DNA of 64,000 nt from NCBI GenBank assembly GCA_963748625.1, contig CAVVJT010000004.1:448001-512000 (forward strand). Reading direction: 5' to 3'. How positions within the stretch are numbered: the stretch's first letter is position 1; each line of letters starts with the position of its first letter. Of the stretch, positions 41,114 to 51,248 are shown piece after piece. The translations under genes and the position numbers were made by a program. The notes below the pieces were generated by a model. It was not told the origin of the DNA. It saw only the letters and a program-made list of their open reading frames with translations, and made no database searches. The DNA is from an uncultured Chloroflexia bacterium. Its GTDB lineage: Bacteria; Chloroflexota; Limnocylindria; Limnocylindrales; CSP1-4.

Positions 41114-43414
41114 TCATGGCTCGATCACGTGGGTGCAGAGCGTCCAGTCCAAACTCTGCTCCTTGTAGACCGGCAGAACCATCTCGGCGCGTCCAAGCTC
41201 GACCGGGCTCGCGCCACCGGTGTCCGAGACGATCACGGTGATCCTCGCGTTCCGTTCCGCATCCCATGCATGCGCCGCCGACGACTGCAACGGAGCCGTG
41301 AACGGGGCCGCGTACGACTCAGCACGCCCTGGCCCCTCGCCGAAGTCCCATGCGAACCCAACCTGCTTGACCGTGGGCGGCACTCCGGACGCAATCGCCC
41401 GGTAGGTGTACTCGATGTCCACGAGCGGGCAGGCTTCGGTCACCGGCTCGAAAGTCAGCTTCACGCCCCCGCGGGTGACGCTGATGCGCACGAAGTCCAC
41501 GTAGGCCCACGTGTTGCCCTTCTTGCCGTACACGAGGAACCCAAGGGCGTTCTCACCGGGCTCGAGGTCGACCGTCTGCTGCCAGGCCCAACCCCCGAGC
41601 GGCCGGGTGCCGGTCCCCCGGAAGACCAGGATCTGCGTCGCGCCGCCATCGGCCAGCTTGGTCACCTGGACCTTCAGCTTCGCGTCGGGGGTCACGTGGC
41701 CGTCCTTCAGCTCGACCCATGTGTCATTGCCCGCCTCGTCCTTGCCCGCCACGGTCCAGAGCTCGAAGTACGGGTAGGCCCTGGTGCCGGCCTCGTTCCG
41801 CTCGAACTCGGCCCAGCGGTCTGCCACCCAGGCCTCGGTCTTGGACGCAACCCACGGAACGTAGGCGAAGCGCGTGTAGGACTTCGTGCCGGCCTGCCCG
41901 ATGGAGGTCGCGCTGTCGCCCGAGCTGTACGGGGCGAGCTTGCCCGTGGCACCGTCGTACGGGATCGAGCGCAGCCTGCCCGGGTAGTTGGGATCCGCGA
42001 CGTACAGGCGGGTGGGCGTGACCCGGTACACGATCATCGTGTGACCGCCATCACCAGGGGCTGGGCTGATCCGGATCATCTGGGGCGAGCCGCCCAGCGC
42101 GATGGCCGCCCGGAAGCCGGCGATCGTCGCGCGCGCGTCAGCCGCGTCCCACTGCGGATCGCGGATGGCGAGATAGGCGGTCGTGTCGGCAATCCCGGCG
42201 GCGTGCACGCTTCCGACATAGCGGTAGCCGTCGGAGTCGTCCTGCCAGAACGTCGGCGTCTTCGCCGGAGCGCCGTTGTTGTCGTACAGCCCGTACAGGG
42301 GCGACGCCCCCGCCCCCAGCCGCTGGCGCAGGTAGTACCAGATCTCGGTGATCGACTGGCCCTCGCACTGGCCGTCGGGCGCCACATACGAGCCATAGTT
42401 CGCGAACTGCCAGTCGTCCCGTCCCGGCCGGAAGCCCGAGTCGACGGTGGCCGGGATCCGCGTGAAGTCGACAAGCGCCCCGAAGATGTCCGAGAAGTGG
42501 GGCGCGAGGACAGTGAGCGTTCCATCGGCGGCCGCCACCGTCGTCAGGGGGGAGAGGTCGCCCGTGGCCGGATCGCGGGAGAAGGCCATCGGCAGCGTCT
42601 CAGCAGGCAGCGGGTCCGGCATGGGCATGGCAAGCACCACGCGCGCGGGTGACGCGAGATCGGCATCGCCTGTCGAGACCGAGAACAGCGGCGTCATCGG
42701 TGTGATCGCACCGCCGTAGGCGTCGGGTGCCGCGAGGCCGTCGATGGGAACGGGTGTCACGGTGAAGGTCGTATCCCCTGTGACAGCGCCCGGCCCCAGC
42801 GTGATCGAGATCCCGGGAGCCTCGACGACGCCCCCTCCCGGGCCCACCGCCACCGACGTGGGACTGCCGGGCGGGCCCAGCGCGACGTTGCCGCGCAGTG
42901 GTTCCGTGGTCTCGGGGGCTGGAACAAGCTCGTCCTCCGGGGCGGGCAGCTCGCCGGGCAGGGGCCCCGGTGTCCCCTCGGCGTCATCGCCTGGTCCCGG
43001 CGTCCGTTCTCCGGTCCAGAGCGGACCTGCGGCCTGGGGTGTGGCGACCGGCGGCGTTGGCGCGGCGGCCTGGCCCGAGGCACCGGGGCCGCCAGACGGC
43101 GTGGCCTGCGCCACGCCCTGTCCAGCGTCGCTCCCAACACCGGACCGGTCCAGCAGGAGGTACGCGCCGCCAATGCCGCCGGCGAGCAGGACGACGATGG
43201 CGAGCAGGATGGCCAGACGGCCACCCCGACCACCGGCTGGGGAGACCGGTGCCACGGCTGGTCCCGGTGCCACGGCTGGTCCCGGTGCCACGGCTGGTCC
43301 CGGTGCCGCTGCCGGCCGCTGGGGCAGGGCTTGGCCGCAGGAGCCGCAGTAGGCCGCCGACGGTCCGACGCGGCCGCCGCACCACGGACAGAACGTCCGG
43401 CCCCCGCCACCCAT
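41114..43414 (-). CDS. Zinc-ribbon membrane protein with ZU5-like, putative papain-like and PKD-like external domains
   Basis: FCPWCG..YCGSCG, TM, VGPGGGVV..PGAV..APHFS, GQCEGQS..GHTMIVY..ADPNYP, FAWDFGEG. Confidence 0.75.
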   Translation of the reverse strand: MGGGGRTFCPWCGGRVGPSAAYCGSCGQALPQRPAAAPGPAVAPGPAVAPGPAVAPVSPAGGRGGRLAILLAIVVLLAGGIGGAYLLLDRSGVGSDAGQGVAQATPSGGPGASGQAAAPTPPVATPQAAGPLWTGERTPGPGDDAEGTPGPLPGELPAPEDELVPAPETTEPLRGNVALGPPGSPTSVAVGPGGGVVEAPGISITLGPGAVTGDTTFTVTPVPIDGLAAPDAYGGAITPMTPLFSVSTGDADLASPARVVLAMPMPDPLPAETLPMAFSRDPATGDLSPLTTVAAADGTLTVLAPHFSDIFGALVDFTRIPATVDSGFRPGRDDWQFANYGSYVAPDGQCEGQSITEIWYYLRQRLGAGASPLYGLYDNNGAPAKTPTFWQDDSDGYRYVGSVHAAGIADTTAYLAIRDPQWDAADARATIAGFRAAIALGGSPQMIRISPAPGDGGHTMIVYRVTPTRLYVADPNYPGRLRSIPYDGATGKLAPYSSGDSATSIGQAGTKSYTRFAYVPWVASKTEAWVADRWAEFERNEAGTRAYPYFELWTVAGKDEAGNDTWVELKDGHVTPDAKLKVQVTKLADGGATQILVFRGTGTRPLGGWAWQQTVDLEPGENALGFLVYGKKGNTWAYVDFVRISVTRGGVKLTFEPVTEACPLVDIEYTYRAIASGVPPTVKQVGFAWDFGEGPGRAESYAAPFTAPLQSSAAHAWDAERNARITVIVSDTGGASPVELGRAEMVLPVYKEQSLDWTLCTHVIEP
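43246..43307. repeat. Coding 18-nt tandem repeat (APGPAV x3)
   Basis: CCGGTGCCACGGCTGGTC, three exact copies plus a partial one. Confidence 0.85.
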
Positions 43415-43583
43415 CGATCGCCCTCCGGTGCAACTCCCAGGCTCCGCCGACGGGCGAACCGGCGGCGTGACGAGTCTCGGCGGCTGCCACCCTTCGCGAC
43501 AGGGCCGGTCCGCACATCCGTGAGGGCCGAGCGTGACGTCCCGGCAGGCAGACATGACGGCAGACCCGCGCTACGGTACGCGC

Positions 43584-44372
43584 ATGACCGCCGTCCCCCA
43601 CCCCGGGACCCGAGCCGCCACCCCCGCCCACCGGACCTGGATCCCACGCCAGCACGGTGCGTGGGCGATGCTCCTGCTGCCCGTGGTGCTCGGCGTGGCG
43701 GCCTCGGAGCCGGACCCGTGGCAGCTCGTCGTGGCCGGCGTGGCCCTCGCGGCCTACCTCGCCTCGGCCACGGTCCAGACCTGGTCCCGGTCCCGCCGCC
43801 AGCCCGCCTACCGGGCGCCGATCATCGTCTACTCCGTCACAGCGGTCGTGCTCGGCGCCCTGCTCCTCGTGGCGTTCCCGCCGCTCGCCCTGTGCGGGCT
43901 CGTGGTGGTCCCGGCCGGGATCCTCGTCTTCCGCGGCGCCCAGCCCGGCACCCGCCGCGACCTTGTCAACAGCTTCGCCCAGGTCGCCCAGTCACTCGTC
44001 CTGGTGCCGGCCACCGCGTACGTCTCGGGTGCGTTCACCACAGGTGACGTGGTTGCCTACACGCTGGTCGCGGCCGCCTACCAGGTGGGTGTCGTGCTGG
44101 TCGTCAGGAGCGTCCTGCGCGAGCGGGGCAACGCCTCGTTCCGCAGGCTGTCGGCCGGATTCCACGCCGGAGTCGTCGTGGCGGCCGCCATCGCCCTCCC
44201 GCCCGCGTACGTCCTCGTGGCCCTTGGGCTGCTCGCCCGCGCCGTCGTGCTTCCCATCGAGCAGCGGCGCCTCGCGCATGGGCCCACGCCGCTCAAGCCC
44301 GTGCATGTCGGGGTCGTGGAGATCGCGGCCTCGCTGTCGGTGGCGATCGTGTCGCTCGGGGTGCCGCTATGA
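43584..44372 (+). CDS. YwiC-like membrane protein
   Basis: WIPRQHGAWAMLLLP N-terminal signature and a VGVVEI C-terminus. Confidence 0.8.
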   Translation: MTAVPHPGTRAATPAHRTWIPRQHGAWAMLLLPVVLGVAASEPDPWQLVVAGVALAAYLASATVQTWSRSRRQPAYRAPIIVYSVTAVVLGALLLVAFPPLALCGLVVVPAGILVFRGAQPGTRRDLVNSFAQVAQSLVLVPATAYVSGAFTTGDVVAYTLVAAAYQVGVVLVVRSVLRERGNASFRRLSAGFHAGVVVAAAIALPPAYVLVALGLLARAVVLPIEQRRLAHGPTPLKPVHVGVVEIAASLSVAIVSLGVPL

Positions 44373-46660
44373 CGTCCGTCGACCCAGAGCCCCTCGCCGA
44401 CGTCGCCGGCACCCGCGCCCAGGCCGACGTCGCCGCCACCGTCCGTTCGCTCGTCGCCGGGGCCCGCGCCGACGGACGCCGCACCCTCTCCGAGCCCGAA
44501 GGCCTCGCACTGCTTGAGGCGGCAGGGATCGCCGTGCCCCGCTGGCTGGAGGTCGCCAACGAGCACGATGTGACCGACACGCTCCTCGAGCGGCTGTCGG
44601 GCGACCGGGTTGTCGTCAAGGTCGTCGCGCCTGCGATCGCCCACAAGACCGACGTCGGCGGTGTCGCCATCGTCCCGCGCACGCGGGCCGCCGTTGCGGA
44701 GGCCGTCGCGCGGATGCGCCATCGTCTGGACGACGCCACCGGCTTCACCGTGGCCGAGTTCGTCCGCCACGAGACCGGCCCAGCGGGTGAGCTGCTGCTC
44801 TCTCTGCGCTGGACCGACGATGCCGGCCCCGTCGTGAGCGTCGGGGCTGGCGGCATCCTCACGGAGGCGCTGTCGGCCGACCTGCGTCCCGGTCGCGAGA
44901 TCGCCGTGGTGTCCCCGTCACTGACGCGGGGCCCGGCGGCCATCGCCGCGGCCATTGCACCCGCCACCGCTGTCCGGCTCGCCACGACCTCCCAGCGCGG
45001 CCAGCCACCTGCGACGTCGGAGGCGGCCGTCGCGAGCACCGTGCAGCGCCTCCTCGCGCTCGCGCCGCTGGTCCCCGAGGACCTGCTCGAGGTCGAAGTC
45101 AACCCCGCGGCGGTCACCGCCGACGGCCTCGTCGCCCTCGACGTGCTGGTCACCATCGGCGACGGCCCCCTCCCTGTGCGTCCGCCGCGGCCCGTGGCCG
45201 CCATCGCCCGGCTCCTCGAGCCCCGCTCGATCGGCGTGGTAGGGGTGTCGTCCGGCATGAATGCCGGGCGGGTGATCCTGCGCAACATCCTGCGCGAAGG
45301 CTTCGACCCGGCACAGGTGGTGGTCGTGAAGCCCGGGATCGACATGATCGACGGGGTGCGCTGCGTGCCGGACCTCGCAGCGCTGCGGGAGAAGGTGGAC
45401 CTCCTCGTGGTCGTCCTCCCGGCAGCCCACACGCCCGGCTTCGTCGCGGAGGCCGTGGAGCGGGACCTTGCCGCGAGCCTCATCGTCATCCCGGGCGGGC
45501 TCGAGGAGAAGGAGGGCGGGGGCGAGCTCGCGGCCCGGATGCGAACCGCCCTGTGGGCGAGCCGGAGCCGGCCTGATGGCGGACCCGTGGTCAATGGCGG
45601 CAACTGCCTCGGGATCCGGTCACGACCTGGCCGCTACGACACCCTCTTCATCCCCCAGGTCAAGCTGCCGCCGGGCTCCATACCGTCGTCCATCGCGCTG
45701 GTCACCGGCAGCGGTGCCTTCGCGATCACCCGCCTCTCGCGCCTTGCCCCGCTCGACCCCCGGTACGTGATCACCATCGGCAACCAGACCGACCTCACCG
45801 CGGGCGACTTCCTGGCCCACCTCGCGGACGATGCGTCGGTCCGCACCATCGGTGTCTACGTGGAGGGATTCACCCGCCTCGACGGCCTGCGCTTCATGGA
45901 GGCCGCCGCGCGGATCACCGCGGAGGGCCGGACGGTGATCCTGTACCGGGCAGGTCGTACCGCGGCCGGAGCGAGCGCGTCGGCAGGTCACACCGCGGCG
46001 ATCGCCGGCGATGCCACCGTCACCCGCGAGCTCGCGAGGGCCGCGGGCGTGACCGTTGCCACCACGCCCGGCGACTTCGACGACCTGCTGCGCACGTTCG
46101 CGCTGCTTGACGGGCGGCCCGCGCGAGGATGGGGGCTGGGCGCCCTCTCCAACGCCGGCTCGGAGTGTGTGACCATCGCCGATCATGCTGGCAGGCTGGA
46201 GCTCCCGCGCTTCGCGCCGGCCACGGAGGCGGCCTTGGCCGGAATCCTCTCCCCAGCCGGGATCGGCGCGGTCGTGGACATCCACAACCCGCTGGACCTC
46301 ACCCCCATCGCCGACGCCGAGGTCACCACGGCGGCGGCCCGCGCCGTCCTGGAGGCCGCCGAGGTGGACGTGGGCATCCTCGGCCTCGTGCCGATGACCG
46401 ACACGCTCGAGACGCTCCCCGCCGGCCCGGGACACAACGAGGACATGGACCGGGCCGATGCGATCGCAGCACGCCTGGCCGATCTCTGGCGGACCACGAC
46501 GAAGCCGTGGGTGGTGGTCGTGGACGCGGGATCCGTCTACGCTCCATGGGTCGCGCGACTCCGCGAGCACGGACTGCCGGTCCTCGACACGGCCGACGCG
46601 GCCACCCGCGTGCTCGAGGCCTGGTGCGCGGCCACCGTGCCCCAGCCCCCGCCCAGCTGA
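44369..46660 (+). CDS. ADP-forming acetate/acyl-CoA ligase (ACD family), beta-alpha domain order
   Basis: N-terminal ATP-grasp (LSEPEG, VVKVVAP..HKTDVGGV, EVNP), then CoA-binding (LLEPRSIGVVGVS, GGNCLG) and phospho-His (SAGHTAAIAG), NPLDLT. Confidence 0.85.
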   Translation: MTSVDPEPLADVAGTRAQADVAATVRSLVAGARADGRRTLSEPEGLALLEAAGIAVPRWLEVANEHDVTDTLLERLSGDRVVVKVVAPAIAHKTDVGGVAIVPRTRAAVAEAVARMRHRLDDATGFTVAEFVRHETGPAGELLLSLRWTDDAGPVVSVGAGGILTEALSADLRPGREIAVVSPSLTRGPAAIAAAIAPATAVRLATTSQRGQPPATSEAAVASTVQRLLALAPLVPEDLLEVEVNPAAVTADGLVALDVLVTIGDGPLPVRPPRPVAAIARLLEPRSIGVVGVSSGMNAGRVILRNILREGFDPAQVVVVKPGIDMIDGVRCVPDLAALREKVDLLVVVLPAAHTPGFVAEAVERDLAASLIVIPGGLEEKEGGGELAARMRTALWASRSRPDGGPVVNGGNCLGIRSRPGRYDTLFIPQVKLPPGSIPSSIALVTGSGAFAITRLSRLAPLDPRYVITIGNQTDLTAGDFLAHLADDASVRTIGVYVEGFTRLDGLRFMEAAARITAEGRTVILYRAGRTAAGASASAGHTAAIAGDATVTRELARAAGVTVATTPGDFDDLLRTFALLDGRPARGWGLGALSNAGSECVTIADHAGRLELPRFAPATEAALAGILSPAGIGAVVDIHNPLDLTPIADAEVTTAAARAVLEAAEVDVGILGLVPMTDTLETLPAGPGHNEDMDRADAIAARLADLWRTTTKPWVVVVDAGSVYAPWVARLREHGLPVLDTADAATRVLEAWCAATVPQPPPS

Positions 46661-46698
46661 CGCCCATCCGACGCCGACACGAACGAGGTCACCAACCC

Positions 46699-47010
46699 AT
46701 GGCGCACGTCTACCTCGCCAGCCTCCGCGACGAGATCGAGGTGCCGTCCAACGGCATCCTCTCGCGAACCGTGCACGAGGACGACCGGATCACGCTGGTC
46801 CTGTTCGGCTTCGACACCGGCCAGGAGCTCTCCGAGCACACCTCGAGCCGGGCCGCGCTCATCGAGGTCCTCGACGGCACCGCCACCATCACGCTCGATG
46901 GCGAGCTCCGTGAGGCCGGTCCCGGGACCTGGATCGCGATGCCGCCGGGCATGCGCCACGCGATCCGGGCGACCACGCCCCTGGTGATGGCGCTCACTCT
47001 TCTCAAGTAG
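46699..47010 (+). CDS. Cupin-domain protein
   Basis: LVLFGFDTGQELSEHT..MPPGMRHAIRA. Confidence 0.85.
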   Translation: MAHVYLASLRDEIEVPSNGILSRTVHEDDRITLVLFGFDTGQELSEHTSSRAALIEVLDGTATITLDGELREAGPGTWIAMPPGMRHAIRATTPLVMALTLLK

Positions 47011-47014
47011 GCCG

Positions 47015-47350
47015 TCAGCGATCCAGGGCCGCCTGTGCCAGGACCGCGGTCCGCGCATCCCCTGTCGCACCGAGACGGGCGACGATCCGCATCCGCATCA
47101 GCATCTGCTGCATGGGCGGCCCCATGTGGCCCGCGACGACGACCTCCACGCCGTGGTCCTTGAGGAAGGTCGCGACCCGGGCATGGTGGCCACCCTCGGC
47201 GCTGACGTCGTGGAGGGCGTCCCAGCGCACGTCGTGCTCCGTCCATGCCGTGATTGCACCGTTGTGCAGGTCGGCCACGGCCACCCGCTCCGCCCGACCC
47301 CAGCCATCGCCCACCTGGCCGTCGGGGCTCACGGGCACGCACACGATCAT
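47015..47350 (-). CDS. NifB/NifX-family small metal-cluster-binding protein
   Basis: MIVCVPV..GWGRA..HGVEVVVAGHMGPPM; AGGAGG RBS. Confidence 0.75.
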   Translation of the reverse strand: MIVCVPVSPDGQVGDGWGRAERVAVADLHNGAITAWTEHDVRWDALHDVSAEGGHHARVATFLKDHGVEVVVAGHMGPPMQQMLMRMRIVARLGATGDARTAVLAQAALDR

Positions 47351-47453
47351 CAACCGGCCTCCTGCAAATCGAGCTTTTGTCACCGGCCACGAGCGTAGAA
47401 CGTCCGACCCTGTCGCGTGGTCCCGGCCTTCGAACGCCATCCGGCCCCTATGC

Positions 47454-47519
47454 AGGGCCGGTCGGGCCTGCACTAGGGGTCCCTCCGGCCGCGTCGGGTT
47501 GTTCCCTGGGGGCGACAAT
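47454..47519 (+). promoter_or_regulatory. Putative NarL/DevR-type operator plus -10 upstream of PFOR
   Basis: Near-palindrome AGGGCCGGTCGGGCCT (47454-47469), a weaker site 22 nt downstream, and GACAAT at 47514. Confidence 0.4.
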
Positions 47520-47618
47520 GGCGGGGAACAGCGCGGACGCCTGGCGTTCGTGCGCGTCCCGAACCGCCACCCCCACGGAGGGGTGGCCCGGCTTGGCCCG
47601 AAAGGAAGCAGCACGCCG

Positions 47619-50600
47619 ATGGATCAGCACTGGGAGTGCCTCGACGGCAACGAGGCCGCAGCGCGCGTCGCGTACGCGTACAGCGAGGTCATCTCGATCT
47701 ACCCGATCACGCCGGCCTCGCCGATGGCCGAGTATTGCGACGACTGGTCGGCCGCGAGCAAGCCGAACCTGTTCGGCACCGTACCGTCCGTGGTCGAGAT
47801 GCAGTCCGAGGCAGGCGCCGCGGGCGCCGTCCACGGATCGTTGCAGAAGGGTGCCTTCACGACGACGTTCACCGCGTCGCAGGGCCTCCTCCTGATGATC
47901 CCGAACATGTTCAAGATCGCGGGCGAGCTCACGCCGGCGGTCATCCACGTCGCGGCACGCACGCTCGCGACCCATGCCCTCTCGATCTTCGGCGACCACA
48001 GCGACGTCATGCACGCCCGGGCAACCGGCTGGGCGATGCTCGCCGCCGGGTCGGTCCAGGAGTCCCACGACTTCGCCGCGGTCGCCCATGCGGCCACGCT
48101 GCGCGCCCGCGTTCCGTTCCTCCACTTCTTCGACGGCTTCCGGACCAGCCACGAGGTCAACAAGATCTCGACGCTGCCGGCGTCCACGCTGAAGGCCCTG
48201 ATCCGCGAGGACGACATCCTCGCCTTCCGCAACCGCGGCCTCACGTCCGAGGCGCCCGTGGTCCGCGGCACCGCCCAGAACCCCGATGTCTTCTTCCAGG
48301 CCCGTGAGGCCTGCAACCTGTACCACGACGCCGTCCCGGGCATCGTGCAGGAGGTCTTCGACGAGTTCGCCGAGCTCACCGGCCGCAAGTACGCGCTGGT
48401 GGAGTACCAGGGCGCGCCCGACGCCGACCGCGTGGTCGTCGTCATGGGCTCCGGCGTCGGCGCCGTCGAGGAGTCGGTCGAGACGATGACGGCCGCCGGC
48501 GAGAAGGTCGGCATGATCGTCATCCGGCTCTTCCAGCCGTTCCCCGCCGCACAGCTCATCGCGGCCCTGCCGAAGACCACCAAGGCGATCGCGGTCCTCG
48601 ATCGGACCAAGGAGCCGGGCGCCGTCGGCGAGCCGATGTACCAGGCCGTCGTCACCGCGCTGACGGAGGCGATGGACGCCGACGACGCGCCGTTCGCGGC
48701 GATGCCGAAGATCACCGGCGGCCGCTACGGCCTCTCCTCGAAGGAGTTCACGCCGGCGATGGTCAAGCCGGTGTTCGACGAGCTCCTGGCCGCCAGGCCG
48801 AAGCGCCACTTCACCGTCGGCATCTACGACGACGTGACACACCTCTCACTGCCGATCAGCTCCACGTTCCGCTTCCCCCGCCCGCAGGGCGAGGTCCAGG
48901 CGCTGTTCTACGGCCTCGGCTCGGACGGCACCGTCGGCGCGAACAAGAGCTCGGTCAAGATCATCGGCGAGGACACCGACCTCTTCGCCCAGGGCTACTT
49001 CGTCTACGACAGCAAGAAGTCGGGCTCGGTCACGTCCTCACATCTGCGCTTCGGCCCCAAGCCGATCCGGTCCACGTACCTGATCGACGAGGCGGACTTC
49101 GTCGCCTGCCACCAGTTCGGGCTGCTGCAGAGCGTCAAGGTCCTCGACCACGCGAAGCGCGGCGCCACGTTCCTCCTCAACAGCCCCTACGGGCCCGATG
49201 AGGTCTGGGAGGCGCTGCCCCCCGAGATCCAGCAGAAGCTTGTCGAGAAGCAGATCGACTTCTGGGTGATCGACGCGATGGCGGTCGCCGCCGAGACCGG
49301 CATGGGCAACCGCATCAACACGATCATGCAGCCGGCGTTCTTCCACCTCTCGGGTGTGCTGCCCGCCGAGGAGGCGATCCCGGCGATCAAGAAGTTCGTC
49401 AAGAAGACCTACGGCAAGCGCGGCGACGCCGTCGTCGAGCGCAACAACGCCGCCATCGACGCCTCGATCGCGCGGCTCCGGAAGGTGGAGCTGCGGCCGG
49501 TGGGCGAGGGCGTCGCCCTGCGTGCGATCGTCCCGGATCATGCGCCGGACTTCGTGCAGACCGTCACCGCCCGCCTGATGGCCGGCGATGGCGACCTGCT
49601 CCCGGTGAGCGCGCTGCCGGTCGATGGCACCTTCCCGACCGGGACCACCAAGTGGGAGAAGCGGGCCATCGCCCCGTCGATCCCCGTGTGGGACGAGGCG
49701 ATCTGCATCGACTGTGGCAAGTGCGCCATGGTCTGCCCGCATGCCTCGATCCGCATGAAGGTCTACCCGGACGCGCAGGTGGTGGACGGGCTGCCCTCCA
49801 AGGAGTTCAAGTCCCGCGACCTGCCCGGGCACAAGATCACGATCCAGGTCTCGCCCGACGACTGCACCGGGTGCGGCGTGTGCGTGGACGTCTGCCCCGC
49901 CAAGAGCAAGACCGACGTCGGCCACAAGGCCATCAACATGGTCCCGTACCTCGACCACCGCGATGTCGAGCGCGAGCGCTGGGCGGCCTTCGAGACCGTC
50001 CCGCAGCTCGACCGGAGCGCCCTCCCGCACGACACCGTCAAGGGCGCAGCAAGCCTCGAGCCCCTGTTCGAGTACAGCGGCGCGTGTGCGGGCTGCGGCG
50101 AGACGCCATACATCCGCCTGGTCACCCAGCTCTTCGGCGACCGCATGGTCGTGGCCAACGCCACCGGGTGCTCCAGCATCTACGGCGCCAACCTGCCGAC
50201 CACCCCGTACACGACCAACGCCGCGGGCCGCGGGCCGGCCTGGGCGAACAGCCTCTTCGAGGACAACGCCGAGTTCGGACTCGGGATGCGGCTCGCGCTC
50301 GACGCGCAGACGTCGTACGCCCGGGTCCTCCTCGACCGCCTCGCCGACACCGTCGGCAAGGACCTCGCCGACGGGATCCTCGCCAACGAGCAGGAGACCG
50401 AGCCCGCGATCGAGGCCCAGAAGGCCCTCGTCGCCCGGCTCCGGGAGAAGCTCGCCGGCGTGGACAGTGAGGACGCCCGCCAGCTCCTCGCGCTTTCCAC
50501 GGACCTCGTCAAGCAGGGCGTCTGGATCTTCGGCGGTGACGGCTGGGCCTACGACATCGGCTACGGCGGTCTGGACCAGGTCCTCTCGTCCGGGCGCAAC

Positions 50601-51248
50601 GTCAACATCCTCGTCCTCGACACCGAGGTCTACTCCAACACCGGCGGCCAGGCCTCAAAGGCCACCCCGCGCGGCGCGGTCGCGAAGTTCGCGGCGGCCG
50701 GCAAGCCGACCGGCAAGAAGGATCTCGGCGCCGTCGCACGGGCGTACGGCAACGTGTTCGTCGCCCAGATCAGCCTCGGCGCCAACGACGCTCAGACGAT
50801 CAAGGCCCTCCTCGAGGCCGAGGCGTGGCCGGGGCCGAGTCTCGTGATCGCCTACGCGACCTGCATCGCGCACGGCATCGACATGAGCCGCTCGATGAGC
50901 CACCAGAAGGACGCGGTGAAGTCCGGCTACTGGCCGCTCTACCGCTTCCAGCCCACGGAGGTGGAGTCCGGACAGCCGTTCAAGCTGGACTCGGCCAAAC
51001 CCAGCATCCCGATCAAGGACTTCGTGTCGACCGAGACGCGGTTCGCGATCCTCGAGCGGACGAACCCGGAGAAGGCGGCCGAGCTGGCCGAGCTCATCCA
51101 GGCCGACGCCGACGAGAAGTGGCGCTACTACGAGCAGCTGGCCGGCATGCACCGCGCCGTGCCGCACCTGCATGCGGCCGAGTCGGAGGCTGTCGAGGCG
51201 GCAACGGCCGGCGCGAACGGCAACGGCACGCAGGGAGGTGAGGCATGA
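47619..51248 (+). CDS. nifJ: Pyruvate:ferredoxin (flavodoxin) oxidoreductase, single-chain
   Basis: IYPITPAS, EMQSEAGAAG, GLGSDGTVGANK, CIDCGKC..CP, CTGCGVC..CP, GACAGCGE, GGDGWAYDIG. Confidence 0.96.
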   Translation: MDQHWECLDGNEAAARVAYAYSEVISIYPITPASPMAEYCDDWSAASKPNLFGTVPSVVEMQSEAGAAGAVHGSLQKGAFTTTFTASQGLLLMIPNMFKIAGELTPAVIHVAARTLATHALSIFGDHSDVMHARATGWAMLAAGSVQESHDFAAVAHAATLRARVPFLHFFDGFRTSHEVNKISTLPASTLKALIREDDILAFRNRGLTSEAPVVRGTAQNPDVFFQAREACNLYHDAVPGIVQEVFDEFAELTGRKYALVEYQGAPDADRVVVVMGSGVGAVEESVETMTAAGEKVGMIVIRLFQPFPAAQLIAALPKTTKAIAVLDRTKEPGAVGEPMYQAVVTALTEAMDADDAPFAAMPKITGGRYGLSSKEFTPAMVKPVFDELLAARPKRHFTVGIYDDVTHLSLPISSTFRFPRPQGEVQALFYGLGSDGTVGANKSSVKIIGEDTDLFAQGYFVYDSKKSGSVTSSHLRFGPKPIRSTYLIDEADFVACHQFGLLQSVKVLDHAKRGATFLLNSPYGPDEVWEALPPEIQQKLVEKQIDFWVIDAMAVAAETGMGNRINTIMQPAFFHLSGVLPAEEAIPAIKKFVKKTYGKRGDAVVERNNAAIDASIARLRKVELRPVGEGVALRAIVPDHAPDFVQTVTARLMAGDGDLLPVSALPVDGTFPTGTTKWEKRAIAPSIPVWDEAICIDCGKCAMVCPHASIRMKVYPDAQVVDGLPSKEFKSRDLPGHKITIQVSPDDCTGCGVCVDVCPAKSKTDVGHKAINMVPYLDHRDVERERWAAFETVPQLDRSALPHDTVKGAASLEPLFEYSGACAGCGETPYIRLVTQLFGDRMVVANATGCSSIYGANLPTTPYTTNAAGRGPAWANSLFEDNAEFGLGMRLALDAQTSYARVLLDRLADTVGKDLADGILANEQETEPAIEAQKALVARLREKLAGVDSEDARQLLALSTDLVKQGVWIFGGDGWAYDIGYGGLDQVLSSGRNVNILVLDTEVYSNTGGQASKATPRGAVAKFAAAGKPTGKKDLGAVARAYGNVFVAQISLGANDAQTIKALLEAEAWPGPSLVIAYATCIAHGIDMSRSMSHQKDAVKSGYWPLYRFQPTEVESGQPFKLDSAKPSIPIKDFVSTETRFAILERTNPEKAAELAELIQADADEKWRYYEQLAGMHRAVPHLHAAESEAVEAATAGANGNGTQGGEA

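Noticed and set aside
47015-51248. Nitrogen fixation inferred from NifX-like and nifJ genes
   Set aside because: No nifHDK or other nif genes are in the window, and both families are common in non-diazotrophs.
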